Below, piece after piece: positions 18,180-27,244 of a stretch of DNA of 64,000 bases. The DNA comes from a virus (Duplodnaviria; Caudoviricetes). The position numbers were made by a program, and so were the translations under genes. Location of the stretch: IMG/VR virus record IMGVR_UViG_3300043803_000642, positions 606-64,605 of that record; one strand, written 5' to 3'. Each line of letters begins with the position of its first letter. Position 1 is the stretch's first letter. The notes below the pieces were generated by a model. That model was not told the origin of the DNA, searched no databases, and was given only the letters and a program-made list of their open reading frames with translations.

Positions 18180-18766
18180 GAAAGCGCAAAAAGTTTGCAG
18201 ATGGCGGCGTGACGGGTCAGACCCAGCAGCCTACATATCCGTTCTACGGTAATCAGCCTATGGCCGGTGGTCAGAGCGGCGGCATGAATCAGACGTTCAA
18301 CATGCAGCCACAAGCCATGTCTGGTCCTAACGATCAAATGACACAGCGCTTTGCCAAGGGTGGTCAGGCAAAGGTAGGCAAGGTCATGTCTGAGTTCAAG
18401 TCCGGCAAGCTGAAGAGTTCGTCGGGTCAGAAGGTAACGAATCCCAAGCAGGCCATCGCTATCGGGCTGTCCGAAGCTGGTCTTTCCAAGAAAGCTAAAG
18501 GAGGCGAGATGAAAGAGTCCAAAGCAATGGTCAAGAAAGAAGTGTCGTTCATGAAGAAGAAGGGCGCTCCTAAGTCTATGGTCAAGCATGAGATGGCAGA
18601 AGCCGGCATGAAGTACGGCGGCAAGGTCAAGAAGATGGCAAGCGGCGGCCTAGCTACTGGTCACAAGTCGGCTGACGGCGTTGCCACCAAGGGCAAGACC
18701 AAGGCTATGCAGGTCAAGATGGCCAAAGGTGGCATGACCAAGATGCGCAAAGGCGGCTACTGCTAA
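18176..18766 (+). CDS. Basic polyprotein-like protein with a DUF6496-like segment and multiple GG motifs
   Basis: KVGKVMSEFKSGKLKS...PKQAIAIGLSEAG; FADGG, FAKGG, KAKGG, MKYGG, MASGG, MAKGG, MRKGG. Confidence 0.75.
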   Translation: MRKRKKFADGGVTGQTQQPTYPFYGNQPMAGGQSGGMNQTFNMQPQAMSGPNDQMTQRFAKGGQAKVGKVMSEFKSGKLKSSSGQKVTNPKQAIAIGLSEAGLSKKAKGGEMKESKAMVKKEVSFMKKKGAPKSMVKHEMAEAGMKYGGKVKKMASGGLATGHKSADGVATKGKTKAMQVKMAKGGMTKMRKGGYC

Positions 18767-18778
18767 CAGGAGGCTGAC

Positions 18779-19054
18779 ATGATGCCCTCACGCGGGATGG
18801 GAGATATTGCTGCAAGCAAGATGCCCAAGGCTAGAACTAAGCGTCGCCGGGACAACACCGACTTCACGCAGTACAAAGAAGGCGGCAAGGTGAACGCTGC
18901 TGGTAATTACACCAAGCCAGAACTGCGCAAGCGGATCGTGGCGCAAGTAAAAGCAGCGGCTACTCACGGCACTGGCGCAGGTCAATGGTCAGCCCGCAAG
19001 GCACAGCTGGTGGCAAAGAAGTACAAGGCAGCAGGTGGAGGTTATCGTGGCTGA
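18779..19054 (+). CDS. DUF5872-like protein, N-terminal half
   Basis: YTKPELRKRI...GQWSARKAQL...YKAAGGGY. Confidence 0.65.
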   Translation: MMPSRGMGDIAASKMPKARTKRRRDNTDFTQYKEGGKVNAAGNYTKPELRKRIVAQVKAAATHGTGAGQWSARKAQLVAKKYKAAGGGYRG

Positions 19055-19559
19055 TGAAACCACTAGATACAAGTTGTGGGATCGAATTGAGAAAGTGTAT
19101 GTAGGCAACGACTACACAGACAAAAACCGCGCCAGATCTGCCGCAGATAAAAAAGACATGGAATATGGATCTGGTCGATATGCGGTTGATCCAATTAATT
19201 ACAAAGAGGGTGCATGGCGCGGTAGAAACAATCAAGCAACCAACGTTAAAGGTGGTCATGCACTTGCTGAAAGACTTGGTTTAGCATCAACATCGGAAGA
19301 AAAATTTAAGCCTTTAAGCCCGTCAGAAGACCCAGAGTTTCTTAAAAGGATGGGGGAGATAAAGAAACCACAGCCCAGGTCGGGCGGTGGTAGTGGTGGG
19401 GCGGCTTCTGATCGTCGTGAAATGCAACTTGGTGCTGAAATGGACCCAAAAGCTCTGATGAAGCGTGAAGAATACAAGCGTGGTGGCAAAGTTGTTGGTG
19501 CGTCACAACGTGGGGATGGTATTGCGCAGCGGGGTAAAACTCGTGGAAGGATGGTGTGA
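19047..19559 (+). CDS. Cargo-like protein with GG motif and conserved C-terminal tag
   Basis: YKRGGKVVGASQRGDGIAQRGKTRGRMV; GTG start after GGAGG. Confidence 0.75.
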   Translation: MADETTRYKLWDRIEKVYVGNDYTDKNRARSAADKKDMEYGSGRYAVDPINYKEGAWRGRNNQATNVKGGHALAERLGLASTSEEKFKPLSPSEDPEFLKRMGEIKKPQPRSGGGSGGAASDRREMQLGAEMDPKALMKREEYKRGGKVVGASQRGDGIAQRGKTRGRMV

Positions 19560-19560
19560 G

Positions 19561-19836
19561 ATGGCTAGCAAGTTTCCAGATCTGACCGGCGACGGCAAGG
19601 TAACGCAAGCAGACGTCCTGAAGGGTCGTGGCGTAGAGGGTATGAAGAAGGGCGGCTCCACAAAAAAGTGGATTCAGAGCGCAATCAAGAAGCCGGGCGC
19701 CCTGCGCGCTCAACTTGGCGCAAAAGAAGGCAAGCCGATTTCCCCTAAGAAGCTAGCCTCTGCTGCCAAAAAACCAGGGAAATTGGGCCAAAGAGCAAGA
19801 CTTGCCCAAACTCTGAAGAAAATGGGCAAGAAGTGA
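19561..19836 (+). CDS. Basic protein with an EF-hand-like DLTGDGKVTQAD loop and MKKGG
   Basis: Start reassigned to ATG 19561; WIQSAIKKPGAL...RARLAQTLKK. Confidence 0.7.
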   Translation: MASKFPDLTGDGKVTQADVLKGRGVEGMKKGGSTKKWIQSAIKKPGALRAQLGAKEGKPISPKKLASAAKKPGKLGQRARLAQTLKKMGKK

Positions 19837-20066
19837 AAGCACCGCAGCAGAGCCTGAAAGATTGGGGCGAGCAGAAATGGCGCACCAAAAGCGGCAAACC
19901 ATCGTCGAAGACAGGCGAGCGGTACTTGCCGGAGAAGGCTATCAAAGCGTTGTCTCCAGCGGAGTATGCGGCGACGACGCGAGCAAAGCGGGCAGGAAAG
20001 AAAGCGGGCAAGCAGTTCGTGAAACAACCCAAGGGCATAGCTCAGAAGACGGCGAGATTTAGGTAA
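19833..20066 (+). CDS. DUF5872-like protein, C-terminal half
   Basis: QQSLKDWGEQKWRTKSG...ERYLPEKAIKALS. Confidence 0.65.
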   Translation: MKAPQQSLKDWGEQKWRTKSGKPSSKTGERYLPEKAIKALSPAEYAATTRAKRAGKKAGKQFVKQPKGIAQKTARFR

Positions 20067-20806
20067 TGGCCTACACGACTTCTACGACCTCGTTTAATCC
20101 GACGGTCAACGACATCTTCGAAGAAGCCTTTGAGAGAGTCGGGCTGGAGATGCGCACGGGCTACGATTTTCGTACCGCCCGGCGCAGTCTGAACTTGCTG
20201 CTGACGGAGTGGGCAAATCGCGGCATCAACTTGTGGACTATCGAGCAGGGAACGATCCCGCTCGTACAGGGACAGATTACCTATGATCTACCTAATGACA
20301 CCGTGGATCTTCTGGAACATGTTATTCGAACCAATCCTGGGCAGATCGGGACTCAGTCAGACATTAACATCAACCGAATCTCTGTTTCCACCTACGCCAC
20401 AATCCCGAACAAGCTCACGCAAGGGCGCCCGATCCAAGTCTGGATAAACCGTCGCAGCGGCCAGACCAGTGATGCGCCCGGCGCTACGCCGCAGTATCCA
20501 CAGATCAACGTGTGGCCAAGCCCAGATCAAGGTACGGCACAGACACCGTACTACTACTTCGTGTACTGGCGGTTGCGTAGGATGGTGGATGTAGGCAACG
20601 GTGTAAACGTAGAAGATATCCCATTCCGCTTTCAGGAGTGCCTGATCTGCGGGTTGGCATATCGTCTAGCCATGAAGTTGCCGGGCGGTCTGGAGCGGTT
20701 GCAGTTCTTGAAGGCGCAGTACGACGAAGCGTGGGAGATGGCAGCGGGCGAAGATCGTGAGAAGGCACCTGATCGGCTGGTGCCACGCATGATCACGTAC
20801 AGGTGA
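20066..20806 (+). CDS. Putative head-tail adaptor/connector
   Basis: ARRSLNLLLTEWANRG, GRPIQVWI, VWPSPD, GLAYRLA. Confidence 0.65.
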   Translation: MAYTTSTTSFNPTVNDIFEEAFERVGLEMRTGYDFRTARRSLNLLLTEWANRGINLWTIEQGTIPLVQGQITYDLPNDTVDLLEHVIRTNPGQIGTQSDININRISVSTYATIPNKLTQGRPIQVWINRRSGQTSDAPGATPQYPQINVWPSPDQGTAQTPYYYFVYWRLRRMVDVGNGVNVEDIPFRFQECLICGLAYRLAMKLPGGLERLQFLKAQYDEAWEMAAGEDREKAPDRLVPRMITYR

Positions 20807-20809
20807 TGT

Positions 20810-21232
20810 ATGCCAAGTAAGTACGCTAGTGGCAAGAACAGTATTTCCGAGTGTGACCGGTGCGGTTTCCGGTACATGCTCAAAGAGTTGAAGACACTGA
20901 CGATCAAGACGAAGAACGTCAACATCAAGGTGTGCAGAACTTGCTGGGAACCTGACCAGCCGCAGTTGAGTCTGGGCTTGTACCCGGTGAATGACCCGCA
21001 GGCTGTGCGGGATCCGAGACCGGACAAGTCGTACTGGCAGTCGGGTTTGACTGGATTGCAGACGCAGTACAACTCTGGTACAGGTGAGTTACAGGATGGG
21101 TTTCCTGCTGGTGGTAGCCGGATCATTCAGTGGGGCTGGTCGCCGATTGGTGGCTCAAGAGCGAATGATGCTGGGCTAACGCCCAACAACTTGGTGGCAC
21201 AGACTACGGTCGCAAACGTGACCATTAACTAG
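20810..21232 (+). CDS. Zn-finger-containing morphogenesis protein
   Basis: CDRCGF...VCRTCWEPDQPQL...DPQAVRDPRPD. Confidence 0.7.
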   Translation: MPSKYASGKNSISECDRCGFRYMLKELKTLTIKTKNVNIKVCRTCWEPDQPQLSLGLYPVNDPQAVRDPRPDKSYWQSGLTGLQTQYNSGTGELQDGFPAGGSRIIQWGWSPIGGSRANDAGLTPNNLVAQTTVANVTIN

Positions 21233-21241
21233 GAGTGAGAG

Positions 21242-21391
21242 ATGGACAAGATGAAGCAGGTAGCCAAAGCCGAGGTGAAAGCGCATGAGAAGCGTATGCA
21301 CAAAGGCATGAAAAAGGGTGGCGTGACCACGTCCGATCTGAAAAAATACGGGCGGAACGAAGCTCGCATTCAGAACCAGAAAACCAAGTGA
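21242..21391 (+). CDS. 49-aa basic protein with MKKGG, absent from ORF track
   Basis: SD AGGAG; MDKMKQVAKAEVKAHEKRMHKGMKKGGVTT... Confidence 0.7.
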   Translation: MDKMKQVAKAEVKAHEKRMHKGMKKGGVTTSDLKKYGRNEARIQNQKTK

Positions 21392-21398
21392 GGTTGAG

Positions 21399-21620
21399 AT
21401 GGCTATCAAGAACATGGGTACGCCCAAGCCTGTAAAGGGTAATGGCAAGAAGTTGCCTGACCCGAACAACATCGCGGTAGACAAGCTGGGGCCGAAGACG
21501 GCTGTGCAGCGCGTGTCTGCTGGCGATCCTGGCCGCGAGGACACCAAGACTACCGGCATCAAGATCCGTGGCACTGGTGCGGCTACCAAGGGCGTGATGG
21601 CTAGAGGTCCGATGGCATGA
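21399..21620 (+). CDS. Small basic protein ending RGTGAATKGVMARGPMA
   Basis: SD GAGG; C-terminus loosely resembles the GxAxRG tag. Confidence 0.7.
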   Translation: MAIKNMGTPKPVKGNGKKLPDPNNIAVDKLGPKTAVQRVSAGDPGREDTKTTGIKIRGTGAATKGVMARGPMA

Positions 21621-22300
21621 CGTACACCGAGTTAGTCACGGCGATACAGGACTACACGGAGAACTACGAACAGACGTTCGTAGATAACATCCCGCTGTTT
21701 GTCCGTCAGACGGAGACCCGCATCTACAATGCGGTGCAGCTGCCGCCTATTCGCCGCAACTCGACAGGTACGCTGCTGACCGGTAACAAGTATCTGACCG
21801 CGCCGACAGACTTCTTGGCGGTGTACTCCATGGCTGTGATCGAGAACTACGGCACGGCAAACGAGGAGTATCACTACCTGCTGAACAAGGATGTGAACTA
21901 CATCCGTGCTGCGTATCCCACGCCGGCAGACACAGGGTTGCCGCAGTACTACGCGATCTTCGGCCCACAGGTAACGAGCAACACCACGACGGACGAACTG
22001 AGCTTTATCTTTGGCCCTACGCCGGATGATGCCTACACACTGGAGCTGCACTACTACTATTACCCAGAGTCGATTACGACAGCGCCAGATGGCCGTACGT
22101 GGCTGGGTGACAACTACGATCCGGCTCTGCTGTATGGCTCTTTGCGCGAGGCGTACTTGTTCATGAAGGGCGAGCAGGATTTGATTGCCAACGTCGAGGC
22201 CAAGTACAACGAGGCTATGGGTGAACTGAAGCGTCTGGGCGATGGCATGGAGCGTCAGGATGCGTACCGCAGCGGTCAGGTTAGGGTGAAAGTGACATGA
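21617..22300 (+). CDS. Putative tail tubular/adaptor protein
   Basis: MTYTELVTAIQDY, GLPQYYA, GPTPD, LLYGSLREA. Confidence 0.7.
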   Translation: MTYTELVTAIQDYTENYEQTFVDNIPLFVRQTETRIYNAVQLPPIRRNSTGTLLTGNKYLTAPTDFLAVYSMAVIENYGTANEEYHYLLNKDVNYIRAAYPTPADTGLPQYYAIFGPQVTSNTTTDELSFIFGPTPDDAYTLELHYYYYPESITTAPDGRTWLGDNYDPALLYGSLREAYLFMKGEQDLIANVEAKYNEAMGELKRLGDGMERQDAYRSGQVRVKVT

Positions 22301-22722
22301 CGATTTACCAAGGCCTGACCACATCGTTCAAGGTGGACATACTGAACGGGCGACAGAATATAGCGTCGGACTCTTTGAAGATGGCGCTGTATGACGGGTA
22401 TGTAGAGTTAGGTGAAAGCACGACCGCATATTCCACAACGAACGAGATTAGTGGTGCGGGCTACACGGCTGGTGGCGAGGGCTTGTCAAACGTCTCGATT
22501 GAGTCTACAAGCAACGGTATTGTGTATGTAAGTTTTGCCAATGTGGTTTGGACGAACGCTGAGTTCATCGCCAGAGGTGCGTTGATTTACAACGCTACTC
22601 GGGCGAATGCGTCGGTAGCCACGTTGGACTTTGGGAGCGACAAGACGCAGGCTGCGAATGGCACATTTACTGTGACGCTGCCACCAAATACGCCGTCCAG
22701 TGCGTTAATACGTATCAACTGA
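22297..22722 (+). CDS. Virion structural protein
   Basis: SFKVDIL...LKMALY...NEISGAGYTAGG...LDFGSDK. Confidence 0.7.
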   Translation: MTIYQGLTTSFKVDILNGRQNIASDSLKMALYDGYVELGESTTAYSTTNEISGAGYTAGGEGLSNVSIESTSNGIVYVSFANVVWTNAEFIARGALIYNATRANASVATLDFGSDKTQAANGTFTVTLPPNTPSSALIRIN

Positions 22723-22731
22723 GGAGTCATC

Positions 22732-23307
22732 ATGACGATTGAAAAATCAAAATCCAGCGAGACTGTCAGCGGCGGTGTAGAGCGCAAGACAGGTTTTGCT
22801 GAAGGTGCGTCTGGCGGCGGTGTGTTCACCGTTACTTGCTACGACAAAGACGGCAAAGAGAAGTGGGTAGACATGGGTCACAACCTGGTGGTGAACACCG
22901 GCTTGCAGGACATGAACACCAAGTACTTCAAGGGTTCGACCTACACGGCTGCTTGGTACATCGGGCTGATCAACAACACGTCGAGCAGCACCACGTTCTC
23001 CGGTGGAGACACGTTGGCATCTCACGCTGGCTGGGATGAGAACTCCAGCTACAGCGGCACTCGCCCGCAGGTGACGTTTGGTAACGCCACACTGGCAGAT
23101 CCGTCGAACATCAACAACTCGGCGTCTTTGGCTACGTTCACAATGACAGCGAATGCCACGATCTCTGGCGCGTTCTTGTGCAACGTGGCGTCTGGTACAT
23201 CTGGTCTGCTGTTCTCGGCGGCCGATTTCCAAGCGCCTGGCGATCGTACTGTTGTCAGCGGTGATGTTCTGAACGTGACGTACTCGTTCAACCTAGATGC
23301 AACTTGA
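22732..23307 (+). CDS. Virion structural protein
   Basis: HNLVVNTG, WYIGL, GDVLNVTY; beta-rich. Confidence 0.7.
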   Translation: MTIEKSKSSETVSGGVERKTGFAEGASGGGVFTVTCYDKDGKEKWVDMGHNLVVNTGLQDMNTKYFKGSTYTAAWYIGLINNTSSSTTFSGGDTLASHAGWDENSSYSGTRPQVTFGNATLADPSNINNSASLATFTMTANATISGAFLCNVASGTSGLLFSAADFQAPGDRTVVSGDVLNVTYSFNLDAT

Positions 23308-23319
23308 TAGGGGGTAGTC

Positions 23320-23493
23320 ATGTTTAAGAAGGGCGACGTAGTCAAGCTGAAGGCGGTGATTCCGCAGGGTCCAATCGTGAAGATGCGTATGGACGATGAC
23401 GGCAATATCTGGTGCCTGATGGAGTGGACGTCTGAAGATGGTCAGGCGCACAGTCGATGGTTTATGGATAGTGAGCTTGAGGCTGCGGAGTAA
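23320..23493 (+). CDS. 57-aa SH3-like (YodC-like) protein, absent from ORF track
   Basis: MFKKGDVVKLK...GP...W...F..SELE. Confidence 0.65.
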   Translation: MFKKGDVVKLKAVIPQGPIVKMRMDDDGNIWCLMEWTSEDGQAHSRWFMDSELEAAE

Positions 23494-23496
23494 TGC

Positions 23497-24459
23497 GTGG
23501 ATGGCGGCTTTGGTAGCGGCACATGGGGGCAGGCTGGCTGGGGCTGTTCAGTATATGACCGGCTGATATCGAACGGCGGTTGGGGTAACGGTGCTTGGGG
23601 GTCAGATGGCTGGGGTCTTGGTGATGGTGGGCTGGTCAAAGGCGCTGATACAGTCAGTGCAGAGATACAGCCCAAGATCGTTGCAAACATCGCCGAGTCT
23701 GCTGTTGTTACTGACTTCTACTTTGCTAGCCTCAATGTCACCGGCGCTGTTGCCGAGTCTGCTGCTGCTGCCGATACTGTTGCTAGCGCTCTGTCTGTCA
23801 CAGGCGCAGTTTCTGAGACGGTCACGGGCAGCGATACAGTCAGCTCGCTGGCGTCGGTAGGTGCGCAGGTAACAGAAACCGCGCAGACGGCAGATGTAGT
23901 CAGCAGTCTGGCAAACATGAACTCTCAGGTATCTGAGAGTGCGACAGGAAGTGATGCAGTAACACCGAGGAACAACAGGTTTGGTACTGTCAGTGAGTCG
24001 GTAGCAGGAAATGAAACGGTAGCGTCGCAGGTGTCGTTCACGAGTGTGGCGGCGGAGACGGTAGCGGCGCAGGATCAGGTAGTAGGCAGGTTTGGTATTT
24101 CAGGTGCGATTGCGGAGAGCGCAAATGCGACAGACATACTGGAAGTGTTCAACAGCATCGCCTTCGCTATCAGCGAGGATGCCAGCGCTTCTATCACGGT
24201 GTCTGCGCAGGCCAACTTTGCTGCAAGCGTGTCTGATGCTGTGGTTACGTCAGACAGTGATAGTGCGAGTGCAAGCTTCATCGCAAGGATTCTGGAATCG
24301 GTTGTGGCAGAAGATGTTGCCCGCCGCAGATTCTTGTGGGAGCCTATTGAAACAGGCGGTAATGTTACATGGTCGGCCATCAACACCGGCGGTGCTGGTA
24401 CATGGACACCAATAGTCACGGGCAACGCGGCGACCTGGACGGTCATCAATACAGTTTAA
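23497..24459 (+). CDS. Repetitive virion fibre/stalk protein
   Basis: N-terminal WG repeats; about 19-aa (V/I)xE(S/T)xxxxD repeats. Confidence 0.7.
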   Translation: MDGGFGSGTWGQAGWGCSVYDRLISNGGWGNGAWGSDGWGLGDGGLVKGADTVSAEIQPKIVANIAESAVVTDFYFASLNVTGAVAESAAAADTVASALSVTGAVSETVTGSDTVSSLASVGAQVTETAQTADVVSSLANMNSQVSESATGSDAVTPRNNRFGTVSESVAGNETVASQVSFTSVAAETVAAQDQVVGRFGISGAIAESANATDILEVFNSIAFAISEDASASITVSAQANFAASVSDAVVTSDSDSASASFIARILESVVAEDVARRRFLWEPIETGGNVTWSAINTGGAGTWTPIVTGNAATWTVINTV

Positions 24460-24468
24460 GGAAAGATC

Positions 24469-25137
24469 ATGCCAAGCACATACTCATCGCTCAAAATTGA
24501 GTTAATCGGCACGGGAGAGCAGGCTGGCACTTGGGGTGCTACGACCAACGTCAACCTTGGTACGGCGATAGAGGAGGCGATCACCGGATCGGCCAACGTC
24601 ACGTTCGCCAGTTCTAACGTAGCGATTGCTCTGGCCGACACGAACGCGGCGCAGGTTGCTCGTAACCTAGAGCTGAATCTGGTTGGCACGATCACCAACC
24701 GGCAGACGCTATTCATCCCGGCGATAGAGAAGCAGTACCTGATCGTCAACAACCTATCGAACTCGGTTGTCATCTCTAACGGCACGAACGCATCGCCTAC
24801 CGGTACGACTGTCACGATCCCAGCCGGCAGAAACATGGGCGTGTACAACGACGGAGCCAACGTTTCTGAGATCATCAACTACATCACCGAGTTTGCTGCG
24901 TCTAACGTGACGATCACAAACCCGCTGACAGTAGCAAACGGCGGTACAGGCAGGGCAAACCTGACGCTTGGCAGCGTGATGATAGGCAACAACACGGGCG
25001 TGGTAACCATGGTAGCGCCCGGCACGGCCAACAACGTGCTGACTAGCAACGGCACAACTTGGGTTAGTCAGGCTCCGGCGGCGGGCGGTATCAGCACAGG
25101 AAAATCTATAGCTATGGCGCTCATTTTTGGCTTCTAG
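24469..25137 (+). CDS. Tail fibre-related protein
   Basis: GEQAGTWGATTN, LTVANGGTG, VLTSNGT, AMALIFG. Confidence 0.7.
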   Translation: MPSTYSSLKIELIGTGEQAGTWGATTNVNLGTAIEEAITGSANVTFASSNVAIALADTNAAQVARNLELNLVGTITNRQTLFIPAIEKQYLIVNNLSNSVVISNGTNASPTGTTVTIPAGRNMGVYNDGANVSEIINYITEFAASNVTITNPLTVANGGTGRANLTLGSVMIGNNTGVVTMVAPGTANNVLTSNGTTWVSQAPAAGGISTGKSIAMALIFGF

Positions 25138-25172
25138 TCAATTTGATAACACGAACATTCAAGGAGTAAATT

Positions 25173-25574
25173 GTGCCAAATCCAAATATTGTCAATGTGA
25201 CACAAATCTACGGTCAGACGACATATCTGACCCCTGCGAACACGGCAAACTTTGTGCTGGTCACAAACACCACCAACTCGGGCAACGTGTTCAAGTTGGA
25301 TCAGATTGTGGCGGCAAACTTGACCAACACGGCGGCAAACTGCACGGTGGCTATCTTTACCAGCGGCAACGTTGTGGCCGGCAACGCTGTGGTGGTGAGT
25401 TCTTCCAACGTGTTCCCGATTGCATCTAACATCTCGGTTCCAGCGTTTGCATCGCTGATCGTGATGGACAAGACTACATCGACGTATCTGCTGGAAGATA
25501 AAGCGATTGTCGTGTCGAGCGGCACGAACAGTGCTATCGCCTTCTCAGTTAGCTACGAACAAATCAGCTCGTAA
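25173..25574 (+). CDS. Virion structural protein
   Basis: PNIVNV...ISVPAFASL...YLLED...SYEQIS. Confidence 0.7.
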   Translation: MPNPNIVNVTQIYGQTTYLTPANTANFVLVTNTTNSGNVFKLDQIVAANLTNTAANCTVAIFTSGNVVAGNAVVVSSSNVFPIASNISVPAFASLIVMDKTTSTYLLEDKAIVVSSGTNSAIAFSVSYEQISS

Positions 25575-25583
25575 AGGTACGAC

Positions 25584-27233
25584 ATGCCTATTCACGGCTA
25601 TCCCGGACAGGTAATCAGCGCTACTGCGCCGTTGTTTTCTGGCATCTGGACGCTGGGAACGGTTCCCAAGTCGTTCACAGTTATTGAAACGTTTACGGCA
25701 AGCGGTTCGTGGACGTGTCCTGCCGGTGTCACGCAGGTAGACTATCTAGTGGTAGCGGGTGGCGGTGGTGGCGGCAATAACTCTGCTGGCGGTGGCGGCG
25801 CAGGTGGATTTAGGACAGGCACAGCTTTTGCCGTCACAGCTGGAACGACCTATACAATTACTGTTGGCGGTGGCGGTGCCGCTGGAACGCCAAACGCTAA
25901 TCCCGGTGGAACTGGTAGCAGTTCTGTCTTTAGTACTATTACTGCAAATGGTGGTGGTGCGGGTGCTGGATATGGTAGCCAAGGAGGAGCAGGCGGGTCT
26001 GGCGGCGGCGGCGCTGGAACACCATCAATTGCTGGTGGAGCAGGTAATACACCATCTACTTCACCATCACAAGGGAACAATGGTGGTGCTGGAGGCGCTG
26101 GCGGGGCTGGCGCTTTGTATGCCGGAGGAGGAGGTGGTGGTGCTAGTGAAGCTGGAGCAACACCTCCAAATAATACAAGTAACGCAAAAGGCGGAAATGG
26201 CACGGCATCAACCATTTCTGGTTCAAGCGTAACTTACGCAGGCGGGGGTGGTGGCGGCATAAACACGCCGGGAACCGGCGGTGCTGGAGGAACCGGCGGC
26301 GGTGGAAATGGCGATTCGGGGAATACCGCAGGCTTTAATGGCACAGCAAATACTGGCGGTGGTGGCGGCGGCGGCAGTAACGATAGATATTTGTCCCCAG
26401 CCCAGTTAGGCGGCTCTGGCATAGTCATCATCAGATATATATCACCAGTACAGCAGACTGTGGCTGTCTTTACAGCTTCTGGATCATGGACTGCTCCTAC
26501 GGGTGTGACAGCCGTAGCCTACTTGGTAGTTGCTGGTGGAGGTGGGGGCGGTTCTGCTGGTGGCGGTGGAGGGGCAGGGGGTTTTAGAACTGGTTCTGGA
26601 TTATCGGTTACTGCCGGAACTACATACACAATTACTGTTGGTGCTGGCGGTGCGGCAGGCGCCGGCGGGGGCAGTGGCGCAAACGGTGTAGCTGGAAGTG
26701 ACTCTGTATTTAGTACCATCACATCTAATGGTGGTGGTTTTGGTGGTGGTAATTTGTTTGGTGTTGCTAATGGTGGCAATGGCGGCTCAGGCGGTGGTGC
26801 CGGTGTAAGAGGTATTCAATATAACGGTGGAGCAGGCAATACTCCTTCCACATCGCCATCACAAGGTAATAATGGCGGCAACAATCAAACTGGCGCTAAT
26901 TATGGTTCAGGCGGTGGTGGAGGTGCTGGCGCAGCAGGAACAAGTGGAGCAACAACTGCTAGTGGTAATGGTGGAAATGGAACGGCGTCTACTATTTCTG
27001 GTTCGTCAGTAACGTATGCTGGTGGTGGAGGTGGTGGTGGGTCTCAAGTAACTCTTGGCACAGGTGGTGCAGGCGGCGGTGGTAATGGGTCTGTAGACAT
27101 TGCTATTGTAGGCGGTGCAGGAGTGGCCAATACTGGTGGTGGGGGTGGTGGGGGCGCCTGTAACACCCCTTATAACACTGCTTATGCTGGCGGCGCCGGC
27201 GGCAGCGGTATCGTGATTATCAGATACATTTAA
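25584..27233 (+). CDS. Glycine-rich fibre/receptor-binding protein with two tandem Gly-rich domains
   Basis: Two FTASGSWT-YLVVAGGGGG...GSGIVIIRY modules. Confidence 0.8.
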   Translation: MPIHGYPGQVISATAPLFSGIWTLGTVPKSFTVIETFTASGSWTCPAGVTQVDYLVVAGGGGGGNNSAGGGGAGGFRTGTAFAVTAGTTYTITVGGGGAAGTPNANPGGTGSSSVFSTITANGGGAGAGYGSQGGAGGSGGGGAGTPSIAGGAGNTPSTSPSQGNNGGAGGAGGAGALYAGGGGGGASEAGATPPNNTSNAKGGNGTASTISGSSVTYAGGGGGGINTPGTGGAGGTGGGGNGDSGNTAGFNGTANTGGGGGGGSNDRYLSPAQLGGSGIVIIRYISPVQQTVAVFTASGSWTAPTGVTAVAYLVVAGGGGGGSAGGGGGAGGFRTGSGLSVTAGTTYTITVGAGGAAGAGGGSGANGVAGSDSVFSTITSNGGGFGGGNLFGVANGGNGGSGGGAGVRGIQYNGGAGNTPSTSPSQGNNGGNNQTGANYGSGGGGGAGAAGTSGATTASGNGGNGTASTISGSSVTYAGGGGGGGSQVTLGTGGAGGGGNGSVDIAIVGGAGVANTGGGGGGGACNTPYNTAYAGGAGGSGIVIIRYI

Positions 27234-27244
27234 CAAGGTGAAGC

